Assembly: GCA_965659875.1 (NCBI GenBank)
Contig: CBFHXU010000001.1
Location: forward strand, 3,171-67,170
Length of the DNA stretch: 64,000 bases
Direction: 5' to 3'
From: an uncultured Opitutaceae bacterium
GTDB lineage: Bacteria > Verrucomicrobiota > Verrucomicrobiia > Opitutales > Opitutaceae
In this document: one piece after another, positions 9,501-17,814 of the stretch
Numbering within the stretch: position 1 is the stretch's first letter
Layout of the letters: every line of letters begins with the position of its first letter
The notes under the pieces: model-generated
Told to the model about the DNA's origin: nothing
Database searches by the model: none
The model's input: only the letters and a program-made list of their open reading frames with translations
Position numbers and translations under genes: made by a program

Positions 9501-9713
9501 GCGCGGTCGCCTTCCGCCGAGGAGAGATCGGGTCTGAAGGAATTCTATTTCGCCCAGCATGCAAACTACCGCGATGAGCCGGACGATGCAGCCGCGTTGG
9601 CCGCGGTCGGACTACATGTGACCAATACTAGGTTGGACCGCGTTGAACTCGCCGCCTGGACGCAGGTCGCGCGGGTGCTGCTCAACCTCAATGAAACCCT
9701 CATGCGCTACTGA
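6522..9713 (+). CDS. PSCyt1 (planctomycete cytochrome c) / DUF1549 / DUF1553 domain protein
   Basis: Signal peptide, heme motif CFKCHGPDEENNQSKLRLD, and a length and architecture typical of the PSD1 family. The ATG at 6522 lies within ORF 6507..9713. Confidence 0.85.
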   Translation: MAFFPSRFPLPRFAPVLTGGLSLFVSTTAFVSAAGIPAKVEFNRDVRPILSNTCFKCHGPDEENNQSKLRLDLRDFAIEPHVNKAGRTVTGIVPGKPDESEVWLRLTSTDPVKVMPPPDALHQASDLDRAIIRRWIEQGAEYEPHWAYIMPSKVEPPAVASSSLVRNAIDQFVLRKLEDENIAPHPAADRATLLRRLSLDLVGLPPTPAELDTFLNDVSPGAYERAVDRLLASPHFGERMAVPWLDLVRFSDTVGFHGDQRQNIFPYRDYVIDAFNQNKPYDDFVREQLAGDLLPDPTPEQIVATGFNRLNLMTREGGAQPLEYLAKSAADRVRAVTTTFLGSTVGCAECHDHKYDPFTTRDFYSLAAYFADVKQWGVYSDYKYTPNPDLKGFNNDFPFPPELDVESEYLKRRASRLKAELSAHTDEVVAAILARPNGRDDVLDWARENASALRATAGWSVPVLREVRGDGVTTADALGDGSVRLTTIPKKEQEGNDKSGPKLTILPGTGTVAAIRLDALPDQAADGKVARNELGAFTLSPQIAVRRQGARKAQQLELAAGFVDRDSWTFTNAYMVTSVEARWRSSPRYAEEKQTVVYQLETPVRLAEGDELVVTLKTSDLARARVYTSPVGLRLRTTSFDERLPGALDAALGEDQTTLSQAHWRLLAEAYFKGTAADDHPAYLAAIETLREIAACRDGRAFTMITEAAEPLVTRVLPRGNWQDESGEIVSPAPPAFLAKGAPPSAERATRLDLADWIVSPENPLTARTQVNRLWNQFFGTGLSAVVDDLGLQGEYPSHPELLDWLALEFVESGWDVKNLVRLIVNSATYRQQSVFRPELQEIDPDNRLLAAHPARRLEAEFVRDNALFAAGLLDPEIGGPSATPYQPDGYYVSLNFPKRRYQADRDERQYRRGVYTHWQRTFVHPMMANFDAPSREECTADRTVSNTPQQALTLLNDPTFVEAARALAERAMTEPARTDFETRIEHAFRLVLARSPSAEERSGLKEFYFAQHANYRDEPDDAAALAAVGLHVTNTRLDRVELAAWTQVARVLLNLNETLMRY

Positions 9714-9721
9714 CGCCCGCG

Positions 9722-11173
9722 TTGATCATGTTCACTCCTTCCGATCTGAAAAATTTTGAAAACCGCCAACGGGCGTGGTCGCGACGGACGTTTTTGGGCA
9801 AGTCGGCGCAAGCGGTGGGCACGCTGGCTTTGGGTTCGCTTCTCAATCCACGGTTGCTCGGCCAACAAGGACCGTGGCGCGGGGTGTTGGATGCGCCGCA
9901 TTTTTATCCGAAGGCGAAGCGAATCGTCCATCTTTGCATGGCGGGTGGTCCGTCGCACGTGGATCTGTTTGATCCGAAGCCGATGTTGAATCGACTGCAC
10001 GGACAACCTTTCCCCGAGTCGTTCACAAAGGGAGAACAACTGGCCCAGTTACAGGGCACGGAGTTGCTCGCGCGCGGCACGCAGTTTGGATTCCAGCGTT
10101 GTGGTCTTTCCGGGCAGATGATCAGCGACCTCCTACCGCACACGCAGACGATCGCCGACGACATTTGCATCGTACGTTCGTTGCACACGGAGCAAATCAA
10201 TCACGATCCCGCGCACGCGTTCATGAACGCAGGTTCGATCAATAAGGGTCGTCCCAGTATGGGTTCCTGGTTGCTCTACGGACTGGGATCAGAGGCGGAA
10301 AATCTGCCGGGTTATGTGGTGCTCGTTTCGGAAGGCGGCGGTGGTGCGCAACCGATCTCCGCGCGTCAATGGTCGGCGGGATTTTTGCCCAGCAAGTTCC
10401 AAGGCGTGCAATTTCAGAGCCGGGGCGCGCCGGTGCATTACGTCGGAAATCCGGACGGAGTGTGTCAGAGCACGCAGCGCCAAGTGATCGACGAAGTGGC
10501 GCGGCTCAACGGTCTGCAACAACAGCAGTCGCTCGATCCGGAAATCGAGACGCGCGTGTCGCAATATGAATTGGCGTTCAAGATGCAGACGAGTGTGCCG
10601 GAGTTGGCCGATTTGAGTGAGGAGCCGCAATCGATGCTCGATTTGTATGGCATCAAGGAAGTGGGCGATGGTTCGTTCGCCGCCAATTGTTTGCTGGCCC
10701 GCCGCTTGCTCGAGCGGGGTTCGCGCTTCGTGCAACTTTATCATCGGGGCTGGGATCACCACCGCGGCCTCGATGAAAACATCCAAGTGGCGAGCAAACT
10801 TTGCGATCAGGCGTCGGCGGCGTTGGTCAAGGATCTCAAACAGCGCGGCATGTTGGAAGATACGCTGGTAATATGGGGCGGCGAATTTGGGCGGACCCCG
10901 ATGGGACAGGGCACGGGCCGCGATCATCATATCAATGCGTTTTCCGTATGGATGGCGGGCGGCGGCATCCGTCCGGGCATGACCTGGGGTTCGACTGACG
11001 ACCTCGGTTATCGCTACCTCGACGACGGCCAAGAGGTCCACGTGCACGATCTGCACGCGACGATGTTGGCCTGTTTTGGCATCGATCACAAAAAGCTCAC
11101 CTACCGTTACCAGGGCCGAGATTTTCGGCTCACCGATGTGCATGGCCATGTGGTCAATGGCATCATGACCTGA
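9722..11173 (+). CDS. DUF1501 protein (alkaline-phosphatase/sulfatase-fold, Tat-exported)
   Basis: Twin-arginine signal WSRRTFLGKSAQAVGTLALGS and the family motif WGGEFGRTPM. Starts 8 nt after the DUF1553 gene. An ATG at 9728 is an alternative start. Confidence 0.85.
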   Translation: MIMFTPSDLKNFENRQRAWSRRTFLGKSAQAVGTLALGSLLNPRLLGQQGPWRGVLDAPHFYPKAKRIVHLCMAGGPSHVDLFDPKPMLNRLHGQPFPESFTKGEQLAQLQGTELLARGTQFGFQRCGLSGQMISDLLPHTQTIADDICIVRSLHTEQINHDPAHAFMNAGSINKGRPSMGSWLLYGLGSEAENLPGYVVLVSEGGGGAQPISARQWSAGFLPSKFQGVQFQSRGAPVHYVGNPDGVCQSTQRQVIDEVARLNGLQQQQSLDPEIETRVSQYELAFKMQTSVPELADLSEEPQSMLDLYGIKEVGDGSFAANCLLARRLLERGSRFVQLYHRGWDHHRGLDENIQVASKLCDQASAALVKDLKQRGMLEDTLVIWGGEFGRTPMGQGTGRDHHINAFSVWMAGGGIRPGMTWGSTDDLGYRYLDDGQEVHVHDLHATMLACFGIDHKKLTYRYQGRDFRLTDVHGHVVNGIMT

Positions 11174-11195
11174 CGTATCCGGACCTCGAACCTGC

Positions 11196-12647
11196 ATGCC
11201 TGATTTCGCGATATTTGTTGGTCGGTTTCATCCGTTGGTGGTGCACGTGCCCATCGGGGTGCTGTTGTTGTTGGCGGTATCCGAAGCAGTGGGTTGGCGT
11301 TGGTCCAAACTGCGCCTGAACGCGGGCGCCCGCCTGGTGGTTCTGGGTTTTGTGGTGCTGGGTGCGGCGATGGCGGCGGGCTGTGGGTGGCTCCTCGCGC
11401 AACAAGGCAGTTATGACGAGGTGCTGGCGGGTCGGCACCAGAACCTCGGTTTCGTGACGCTCGGGCTGACGGTCGCGTTGTTCGTGGTGCAGAAGTGGCC
11501 GAAGTTCTACGGTGGGGTGTTGGGGTTGGCTCTGGTGATCATGGCTTGGACGGGCCACAACGGCGGATCCTTGACGCACGGCCCCGGTTATTTGGCGGAG
11601 CATGCGCCGGCGATGCTGCGACCTTTATTGGGGGGTGGGGCGGCGGGTCGCCCGGCACCCGCGACCTTGGCCGAAGCCGATGTGTTTTATGATATCGTGC
11701 AACCCGTGCTCAAAGCGCGCTGTGTGGCCTGTCACGGCGAATCGCGGGTGGATGGAGACCTGCGGCTGGATTCATTCGAAGCGATTCTCGAGGGTGGCGA
11801 ACACGGCGCCGCCATTGTCGTGGGTGATCCAGCGGAGAGCTTGCTCTTGCAGCGGCTTTATTTGCCGCTGGACCACAAGAAACACATGCCTCCGGCAGGG
11901 CGGCCTCAGCCGACCCATGCCGATCTGGCGGTGCTCGGTTGGTGGATTGCGGATGGGGCTCCTGCCGAAGGCGGGTTTATGGACCGGGCTCCGGATCCGT
12001 TGGTGGTCGAGGTGGTGGCCGCTCGACTGGGATTGCCGCCGCCGCCGATTCCGGATCGCGCTGAGATGTTGGCCCTAGCCCGTGAGTTGGAGTTGGAGCT
12101 AGGCATTACGATTCGTCCTCTCATGGCGGATGAACCGTGGTTGGGCGCGAATGCCCGCTTGGCCCGGAAAGACTTTGATGACGCGACCTTGGCGCGTCTG
12201 CTGGTGCTGGCGCCGGCGCTCCACCGATTGGACCTGGGCGGTACGGGTGTGACCGACTCGGGAATGGCCCACGTTGCGCAAATGACAGAACTCCGTCGGC
12301 TGCGCCTCGACGACACTGCGATCACCGACGACGGGCTCGCCGTGCTGAGTCCGCTCAAGCGGTTGGCCTCTCTCAACCTACATTCGACGGCGATCACGGA
12401 TGCGGCGATGGACTCGCTCACCCAACTGCCGCGATTGCGCCAACTCTACGTTTGGCAAACCGGGGTGACTTCCATGGCTGCGTTGACGTTGGCCGACGCG
12501 TTGGAAAACCGCCGCAAACTCGATCGCTACCGCGCGCAGATTGCGACCAACCAGCGACGGATAGCCGAGGAGACGTTCCAGATCGATTTTGGCGCGAAGC
12601 CATTGGTTGTGCCAGAAGCCTCGGCTCAAGAAGAAGACGACGAGTGA
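11196..12647 (+). CDS. Membrane protein with a PSCyt1 cytochrome c domain and C-terminal leucine-rich repeats
   Basis: N-terminal TM region (FHPLVVHVPIGVLLLL, DUF2231-like), CVACHGESRVDGDLRLD, then repeated L..L.L..T.ITD units. Confidence 0.75.
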   Translation: MPDFAIFVGRFHPLVVHVPIGVLLLLAVSEAVGWRWSKLRLNAGARLVVLGFVVLGAAMAAGCGWLLAQQGSYDEVLAGRHQNLGFVTLGLTVALFVVQKWPKFYGGVLGLALVIMAWTGHNGGSLTHGPGYLAEHAPAMLRPLLGGGAAGRPAPATLAEADVFYDIVQPVLKARCVACHGESRVDGDLRLDSFEAILEGGEHGAAIVVGDPAESLLLQRLYLPLDHKKHMPPAGRPQPTHADLAVLGWWIADGAPAEGGFMDRAPDPLVVEVVAARLGLPPPPIPDRAEMLALARELELELGITIRPLMADEPWLGANARLARKDFDDATLARLLVLAPALHRLDLGGTGVTDSGMAHVAQMTELRRLRLDDTAITDDGLAVLSPLKRLASLNLHSTAITDAAMDSLTQLPRLRQLYVWQTGVTSMAALTLADALENRRKLDRYRAQIATNQRRIAEETFQIDFGAKPLVVPEASAQEEDDE

Positions 12648-12722
12648 TCCTCAAAATGTGGGCGGGACTTCGGCGGGTTCGTCCCCGGCTTTGCCGAGGC
12701 GAAGAGAAAGGGATAGATCTAA

Positions 12723-13145
12723 CTACCGAGCGAGGGGGCCGAGTTGGCGTTCGAAGGTGACGGGGAACACGCCTTGTCCGGCGGGGGTGTATTCGCCTTC
12801 GAGCTTCCCGGATTTGACGTGGTATTGCAGCAGATAGAAGGAGCCTTCGTAGCCGGTATCGTTGAGGTCGATGCGTATTTGCAGGCGGTTGCCTCCTACA
12901 CGCCAACGCGCGCTCGCCACCCGAATAGGTCGGGGGTTGAGGTAGGCGGCTTTGAGGGTGCCGTCGTCTTCGACTGCGTTGATTTGCAGCACGTAGCCGC
13001 CGTCGGGTCGCACCCAGGAGCCTTGGAGCACTTTCCCCGAAACCACGTTGGCGGGCAATTCGTCGGTGGGTTTGGGCGATTCTTCCGCGAGCAGAGAAGG
13101 ACAGTTAAATCCGAGGAGAAGGACAGCGAGGGTGAGAAGGCGCAT
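12723..13145 (-). CDS. Secreted hypothetical protein
   Basis: 140 aa with signal peptide MRLLTLAVLLLGFNCPSLLA. Convergent with the upstream operon. No family recognised. Confidence 0.55.
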   Translation of the reverse strand: MRLLTLAVLLLGFNCPSLLAEESPKPTDELPANVVSGKVLQGSWVRPDGGYVLQINAVEDDGTLKAAYLNPRPIRVASARWRVGGNRLQIRIDLNDTGYEGSFYLLQYHVKSGKLEGEYTPAGQGVFPVTFERQLGPLAR

Positions 13146-13213
13146 GGGGGTGGGGTAGTTTTGCGGGAAATTTGATCGTGCGATCCGTCACCATGAGTGA
13201 ACAGGATTGGGAT

Positions 13214-13702
13214 ATGCGATTACCATTATGCCGGATATGGATGCTGTTGCTGATGGCGGGGTTTGCGGTTTCCCCAAATTTGGCCGCAGAGGAGGCCTCG
13301 CCTGAGGGTGCCGCGTTTATGCTGCCGGCGAAAGGGGAGCGGGTCTCGTTGGCAGAGATCAAGACGATCTGTGAACACTTTGGGTTGATGAAGCTGTGGG
13401 CGAAGATCGAAGCGGATCCGCCGGGTAAGCCGTTCGCGAGCGATGGGTGCACCAGTTGGGTGGACAAGGTCAAAGGCCGGAGCATTTATCCGGCGTGTTT
13501 TTTGCACGACTTGAAATATTGGGCCGGCTACCCCGGGGAAAAGGTTGAGCGTTTGGCGGCGGATGCTGAATTGATGATCGATGTCGCCCGGATTCTGGAA
13601 AGCACCGCGATGGCAGAAACGATGTATGCGGGGGTGCGGGTCGGTGGCTCCGAGCATTTGAAGGCGAAGTTTTCGTGGGGTTTTGGTCGCCAACGTGAGT
13701 GA
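13214..13702 (+). CDS. Exported hypothetical protein with a CxxHDxxY (phospholipase-A2-like) motif
   Basis: The ATG at 13214 gives signal peptide MRLPLCRIWMLLLMAGFAVSPNLAA. Motif PACFLHDLKYWAGYPG. Family assignment is uncertain. Confidence 0.5.
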   Translation: MRLPLCRIWMLLLMAGFAVSPNLAAEEASPEGAAFMLPAKGERVSLAEIKTICEHFGLMKLWAKIEADPPGKPFASDGCTSWVDKVKGRSIYPACFLHDLKYWAGYPGEKVERLAADAELMIDVARILESTAMAETMYAGVRVGGSEHLKAKFSWGFGRQRE

Positions 13703-13722
13703 TAGAATTTTCTCTAACGCTC

Positions 13723-14658
13723 ATGAAAATCTGTCGCGCGATCGTTTTGGGGTTCAGTTGTGTGGGAGCGGTGATAGCCGCTGCGGCGCCCCTGGAGGTG
13801 GTCGAAGGTGCTGATCAGATTATGATTTCTCGGGGTAAGGTTCCGGTGCTGACGTATCACAAGGCGGAGATGCCGCCGCCTGCGGGTGAATCGGAATTGT
13901 TTCGGCGGAGTGGATTCATCCATCCGTTACATGCGCCCAATGGTGACGTCGTGACCTCCATCCATCCGGCGGACCATATTCATCACATGGGCCTGTGGCA
14001 CGCTTGGGTGAAAACGAAATGGCAGGGAGAGGAAATTGATTTTTGGAATCTCAAAGGTGGCCGCGGCACCGTGCGGTTTGTCGAGGTGCTTCATCGCGAT
14101 GACGGCGGGTTCAAAGTGCGCCAAAAGCAGGTTGCGTTGGCGTTTGAAGACCGCGCCGAAACGGTGGTGCTGGACGAAACTCTGGAGGTTGCGGTCACGA
14201 GTTCGGCGGAAGCCAATGTGATCGATTACACGATCACGCAGACCAATGTTTCGGATGCGGTGCTCGAGTTCCCCGCTTATCGGTATGGTGGCGGGATAAC
14301 GTTTCGGGCCCCGGAAACGTGGGGGGAACGCGACGATTCTTACCTCACATCGACCGGTTTGGATCGGACTGAAGGCCATGCCACGCGCGGAGATTGGGTA
14401 GTGATGCATGGTCCGACCGAGCAGGGAAGTGCTTCGGTCGTGATCATGGGGCATCCGTCGAATCATGATGCGCCGCAGCGCATGCGCATCTGGCCGAAAG
14501 GTAAGGTGTTTTTTAACTACGTGCCCGCGCAAGAGTTCGACTGGGCCATCGCTCCCGGCGAAACGGTGGTGCTGCGTTATCGGGTGGTGATCGAGAGTCG
14601 TCGCCTGCTGCCGGTCGACGTTAGGCCGCATTGGCAAAACTACTCGGATACCGATTGA
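13723..14658 (+). CDS. DUF6807 / PmoA-family protein
   Basis: FIHPLHAPNGDVVTSIHPADHIHHMGLWHAWVKT is typical of the family annotated as PmoA in PVC genomes. ATG at 13723 within ORF 13699..14658. Confidence 0.7.
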   Translation: MKICRAIVLGFSCVGAVIAAAAPLEVVEGADQIMISRGKVPVLTYHKAEMPPPAGESELFRRSGFIHPLHAPNGDVVTSIHPADHIHHMGLWHAWVKTKWQGEEIDFWNLKGGRGTVRFVEVLHRDDGGFKVRQKQVALAFEDRAETVVLDETLEVAVTSSAEANVIDYTITQTNVSDAVLEFPAYRYGGGITFRAPETWGERDDSYLTSTGLDRTEGHATRGDWVVMHGPTEQGSASVVIMGHPSNHDAPQRMRIWPKGKVFFNYVPAQEFDWAIAPGETVVLRYRVVIESRRLLPVDVRPHWQNYSDTD

Positions 14659-14744
14659 GTAATTTTGCGCGTTTCGGGTCTGGTTTTAGTGATGCCGCGA
14701 CTTTGTAACCTAGTAAACGTCTGGATGAAGATTGGGTCATTTTC

Positions 14745-14757
14745 GTAACGGTTACAT
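14745..14757. promoter_or_regulatory. Operator-like site GTAACGGTTACAT (palindrome GTAAC-G-GTTAC)
   Basis: It matches 14827-14839 at 12/13 positions and 38686-38698 at 12/13. Lies in the 331-bp region upstream of the TonB receptor gene. Confidence 0.5.
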
Positions 14758-14786
14758 TTTTTCCCGTCTGGGGTGATTTGCGCAGG

Positions 14787-14797
14787 GTAACGGTCGT
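14787..14797. promoter_or_regulatory. Weaker operator-like site GTAACGGTCGT inside an 8-bp inverted repeat (14776-14783 / 14805-14812)
   Basis: The left half GTAACGG is conserved. It sits in the loop between ATTTGCGC and GCGCAAAT. Confidence 0.3.
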
Positions 14798-14826
14798 GTG
14801 ACGGGCGCAAATTAGGGTGGATTTGC

Positions 14827-14839
14827 GTAACGGTTTCAT
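14827..14839. promoter_or_regulatory. Operator-like site GTAACGGTTTCAT
   Basis: It is preceded by ATTTGCG, as site 14745 is preceded by ATTTTCG. The extended 19-mers match at 17/19 positions. Confidence 0.5.
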
Positions 14840-14895
14840 AGATGGCGATTCGAAGATCTGTCCATTTGCAGGCTTGTTAGCGTCATACCAACCCC

Positions 14896-14906
14896 AGAAC
14901 GGTTCC
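14896..14906. promoter_or_regulatory. Operator-like site AGAACGGTTCC (palindromic core GAAC-G-GTTC)
   Basis: About 85 nt upstream of the TonB receptor ATG, with the same AACGGTT core. Confidence 0.4.
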
Positions 14907-14989
14907 GCGGACAGTAGTGTATCGACCCATCGATCGATGCGTTTGGCCGCGGTTTTGACTTAGACCCACCCCCTAGCACCACACCTCAC

Positions 14990-17677
14990 ATGAAAAATAT
15001 TCATTCGAATCGACAGTCCATATTTCGTTGCCGCGGCCCGTTTATGCGCCGTGTTTTATCCTTAGCCGCCGTATTTACCGGTGGTTCTTTGCTCGCCCAA
15101 TCCTCCAACGAAGACGTGGTAGAAATGGAGGCTTTTAAAGTAAGCGGTTATCGCTCGGCCCTGGCCGACTCACTTGATGCCAAGCGTCAATCGGATCAGG
15201 TCTCCGACTCAATCATGGCCGAGGAAATCGGCCAATTTCCCGACACCAACCTAGCGGAGGCCATCCAACGCATCACCGGCGTCGCCATGACCCGCAACAA
15301 CGGGGAAGGCGAAAAGGTTTCCGTGCGTGGTCTCAACCCCAACTTCACCCGCGTCGAAATCAACGGTCGTTCCTCCATGGTGACGGTTGACGACTCCAGT
15401 CCGGAGCGTGACGCGCAGTTGTCCGTTTTTAATTCCGACCTCTACAACTCGATTGAAGTCATCAAGTCCCCGTCGGCTCGCGATGTGGAGGGCGGTATCG
15501 GTGGCACGGTGAAGCTCAACACCTTCCGCCCGCTGCAAATCGGCAAGATGTCCTACGGCGCCGAAGTCAGTTATGCCACCAACGATTTCAAGGATTCCGA
15601 TGAGCCGGGCTTCAGTGGGTTCTACTCCAATATTTTTGCCGACGGTAAAGCCGGCTTCTTAGTACAAGCCACTTACGAAGAGCGGGATCGCCGGGTTGAT
15701 CGGGTAGAAAGCAATCAGGATTTCCGGCTAGTGAATACCGGTTTTCTCAAGGATGATTCCGACCCAGCTCAATTAGCACTGGTGGGAGCAGCTTATCCAA
15801 CGCGCACGCGCTATTTCCAAAAGCGAGGAGACAATCCTAGATTCAATCTCACGAGCACGTTGCAATTCCAGCCTACCGAGGAATTGGAACTTTATATTGA
15901 TGGCCTCATTTCGCGGGAGGAGCGCGACGAGGATCGGTCTCGTATCCAAATGACGTGGAGTCGTGGTGACCTCATCAGCGGTGTGGTTGATCCCGTTACC
16001 GGCACCCTCGTGCAGGCGACGATTGACCGTCACCGGGTCGACCAAGATGCACTTACCCGTATCACGGATGTGGAATCCACGGGGGTTACCGGTGGATTTA
16101 AGTGGGAACGTGATTTGCTGAAGATTTCCGGGGAAATTAGTATCTCCGAGGGCTCAGAGGATTGGTTCCAGTCCACGCTTCAAAGTCGGGTCAATCGGGA
16201 TGGGGCGGGATCTTACGACATTCGGCCGGATCACATGATGCCTGCCATGACGACACCGGGAATTCTCCGCACGGCCGACAACATGGATGTGCGGGCTCTG
16301 TTTCGCCAACACCGGATCATCAGTTATGAGGAGGACGTGATGCGTTTGGATTTGGAACGAGCCTTGGAAGGTGAGTTTTTCACCTCGGTGGAAGCGGGAA
16401 TCCGAACCACGGAAAACATATTTGATCGCAAGCAAGGCCGATCCAATTCAGCCACTAGAACCCGTGACATCGATTATGCGCGAGGGGTTGAACCCGGATG
16501 GGGACTGCAGGGCGATTTTGGTTTTGGCAAAGGTCCGACGGGCTTCCCGACCAATTGGGTGATGGCCAATCCGGATTTGCTCATCGAGCAATACCCTTTG
16601 GAAGACACGGTTATCCCTTTCAACAACGCTCGAGTCTACACGGTGGAGGAAGACACCACCGCGTTTTACTTCATGGCCAACTTTGCAGAGAGTTTTGGCA
16701 ACAGTCGCGCCCGCGGTAATATTGGTCTGCGCTACGTCGATACGAAGGCGGGTGGTATTGGCAATATCAACGCCGAGTCCAATGCCGGGGATGTCGTGGT
16801 GGTCGGCGAGCCGACCACCCTTGACCAAGACTATGCCGAGTTGTTGCCTTCGTTCAATCTGATCCTGTCGCCGGATGACCCTCAGGCTCCCTACCAGGTG
16901 CGTCTTGCCGCTTCCAAGGCCATGACTCGCCCCACGGTTGGTGAGATGAGCCCGGTGGTGAACGTCAGCGAACCCGATGGTGAGATCGAGCGCGGCAATC
17001 CGTCGCTTGATCCGTTTTCGGCATGGCAATACGACCTTGGTATCGAGACCTATTTTGGCGACAACGATGAGGGCATGTTTGCCATCACCGGCTTCCTCAA
17101 GGATGTGGAGAGTTTCATCGTGCCGACATCATTTAATGAGACCGTCGGATTCCCCAGCGCGGGAATTCCGTCGCAGTCTTTCCAAGTCGATACGTTCAAG
17201 AACGGTGGCACGGCAGACATCAAGGGGGTGGAAATGAGCTTCCAGACCCCGTTCACGTTCCTGCCGGCCCCATTCAGCGATTTTGGCACGATGCTGAACT
17301 ATACCTACATCGACTCGGAATTTATTGATGAGAACGGGAATTCCAATCCCTTCCCGGGCACTTCGGAAAACACCTACAATATCGTGCTCTTTTACGAGAA
17401 GGGTGGATTCTCTACCCGATTCGCTTACAACTTCCGGGACGATTATCTGATTGTTCCTTCGGCGGCCGGTAACGGCATGAACAATGAATTCACCGAAGGC
17501 GTCGGCCGCCTCGATATTGGTCTACGCTATCGTTGGGAAAGCGGTTTCAAAGTTTCGGTTGATCTCATCAACGTGACCGAGGAACAGGACTACATCTACT
17601 ACGATGTGTTCGACCGCCTCGAGCAGCTCACGATGGAGAGCATGCAGATCAACGTCAGCTTCGGTTACAAATTCTAG
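14990..17677 (+). CDS. TonB-dependent receptor
   Basis: Plug-region motifs (DTNLAEAIQRITGV, VRGL), a beta-barrel-length body, and a C-terminal FGYKF ending in an aromatic residue. Alternative start at ATG 15044 (MRRVLSLAAVF). Confidence 0.85.
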   Translation: MKNIHSNRQSIFRCRGPFMRRVLSLAAVFTGGSLLAQSSNEDVVEMEAFKVSGYRSALADSLDAKRQSDQVSDSIMAEEIGQFPDTNLAEAIQRITGVAMTRNNGEGEKVSVRGLNPNFTRVEINGRSSMVTVDDSSPERDAQLSVFNSDLYNSIEVIKSPSARDVEGGIGGTVKLNTFRPLQIGKMSYGAEVSYATNDFKDSDEPGFSGFYSNIFADGKAGFLVQATYEERDRRVDRVESNQDFRLVNTGFLKDDSDPAQLALVGAAYPTRTRYFQKRGDNPRFNLTSTLQFQPTEELELYIDGLISREERDEDRSRIQMTWSRGDLISGVVDPVTGTLVQATIDRHRVDQDALTRITDVESTGVTGGFKWERDLLKISGEISISEGSEDWFQSTLQSRVNRDGAGSYDIRPDHMMPAMTTPGILRTADNMDVRALFRQHRIISYEEDVMRLDLERALEGEFFTSVEAGIRTTENIFDRKQGRSNSATRTRDIDYARGVEPGWGLQGDFGFGKGPTGFPTNWVMANPDLLIEQYPLEDTVIPFNNARVYTVEEDTTAFYFMANFAESFGNSRARGNIGLRYVDTKAGGIGNINAESNAGDVVVVGEPTTLDQDYAELLPSFNLILSPDDPQAPYQVRLAASKAMTRPTVGEMSPVVNVSEPDGEIERGNPSLDPFSAWQYDLGIETYFGDNDEGMFAITGFLKDVESFIVPTSFNETVGFPSAGIPSQSFQVDTFKNGGTADIKGVEMSFQTPFTFLPAPFSDFGTMLNYTYIDSEFIDENGNSNPFPGTSENTYNIVLFYEKGGFSTRFAYNFRDDYLIVPSAAGNGMNNEFTEGVGRLDIGLRYRWESGFKVSVDLINVTEEQDYIYYDVFDRLEQLTMESMQINVSFGYKF

Positions 17678-17708
17678 TTTTGTGATTAGGTCAGTTCGAA
17701 AGTAGGAA

Positions 17709-17735
17709 CTATGGCCCGCATCTTGTGGGCCATAG
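17709..17735 (+). terminator. Hairpin CTATGGCCC-(9 nt)-GGGCCATAG after the TonB receptor gene
   Basis: Perfect 9-bp stem 32 nt after the stop, followed by tcgtatattc. Confidence 0.5.
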
Positions 17736-17763
17736 TCGTATATTCAGGTCGGTGCGTTTACGG

Positions 17764-17774
17764 GTAACGTTCGA
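17764..17774. promoter_or_regulatory. Variant operator-like site GTAACGTTCGA
   Basis: 41 nt upstream of the oxidoreductase ATG. It resembles GGAAACGTTCC at 38621. Confidence 0.25.
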
Positions 17775-17814
17775 TTTACAGCTGGAAATATCCCGTAAAT
17801 AATCTCTCCCCATT

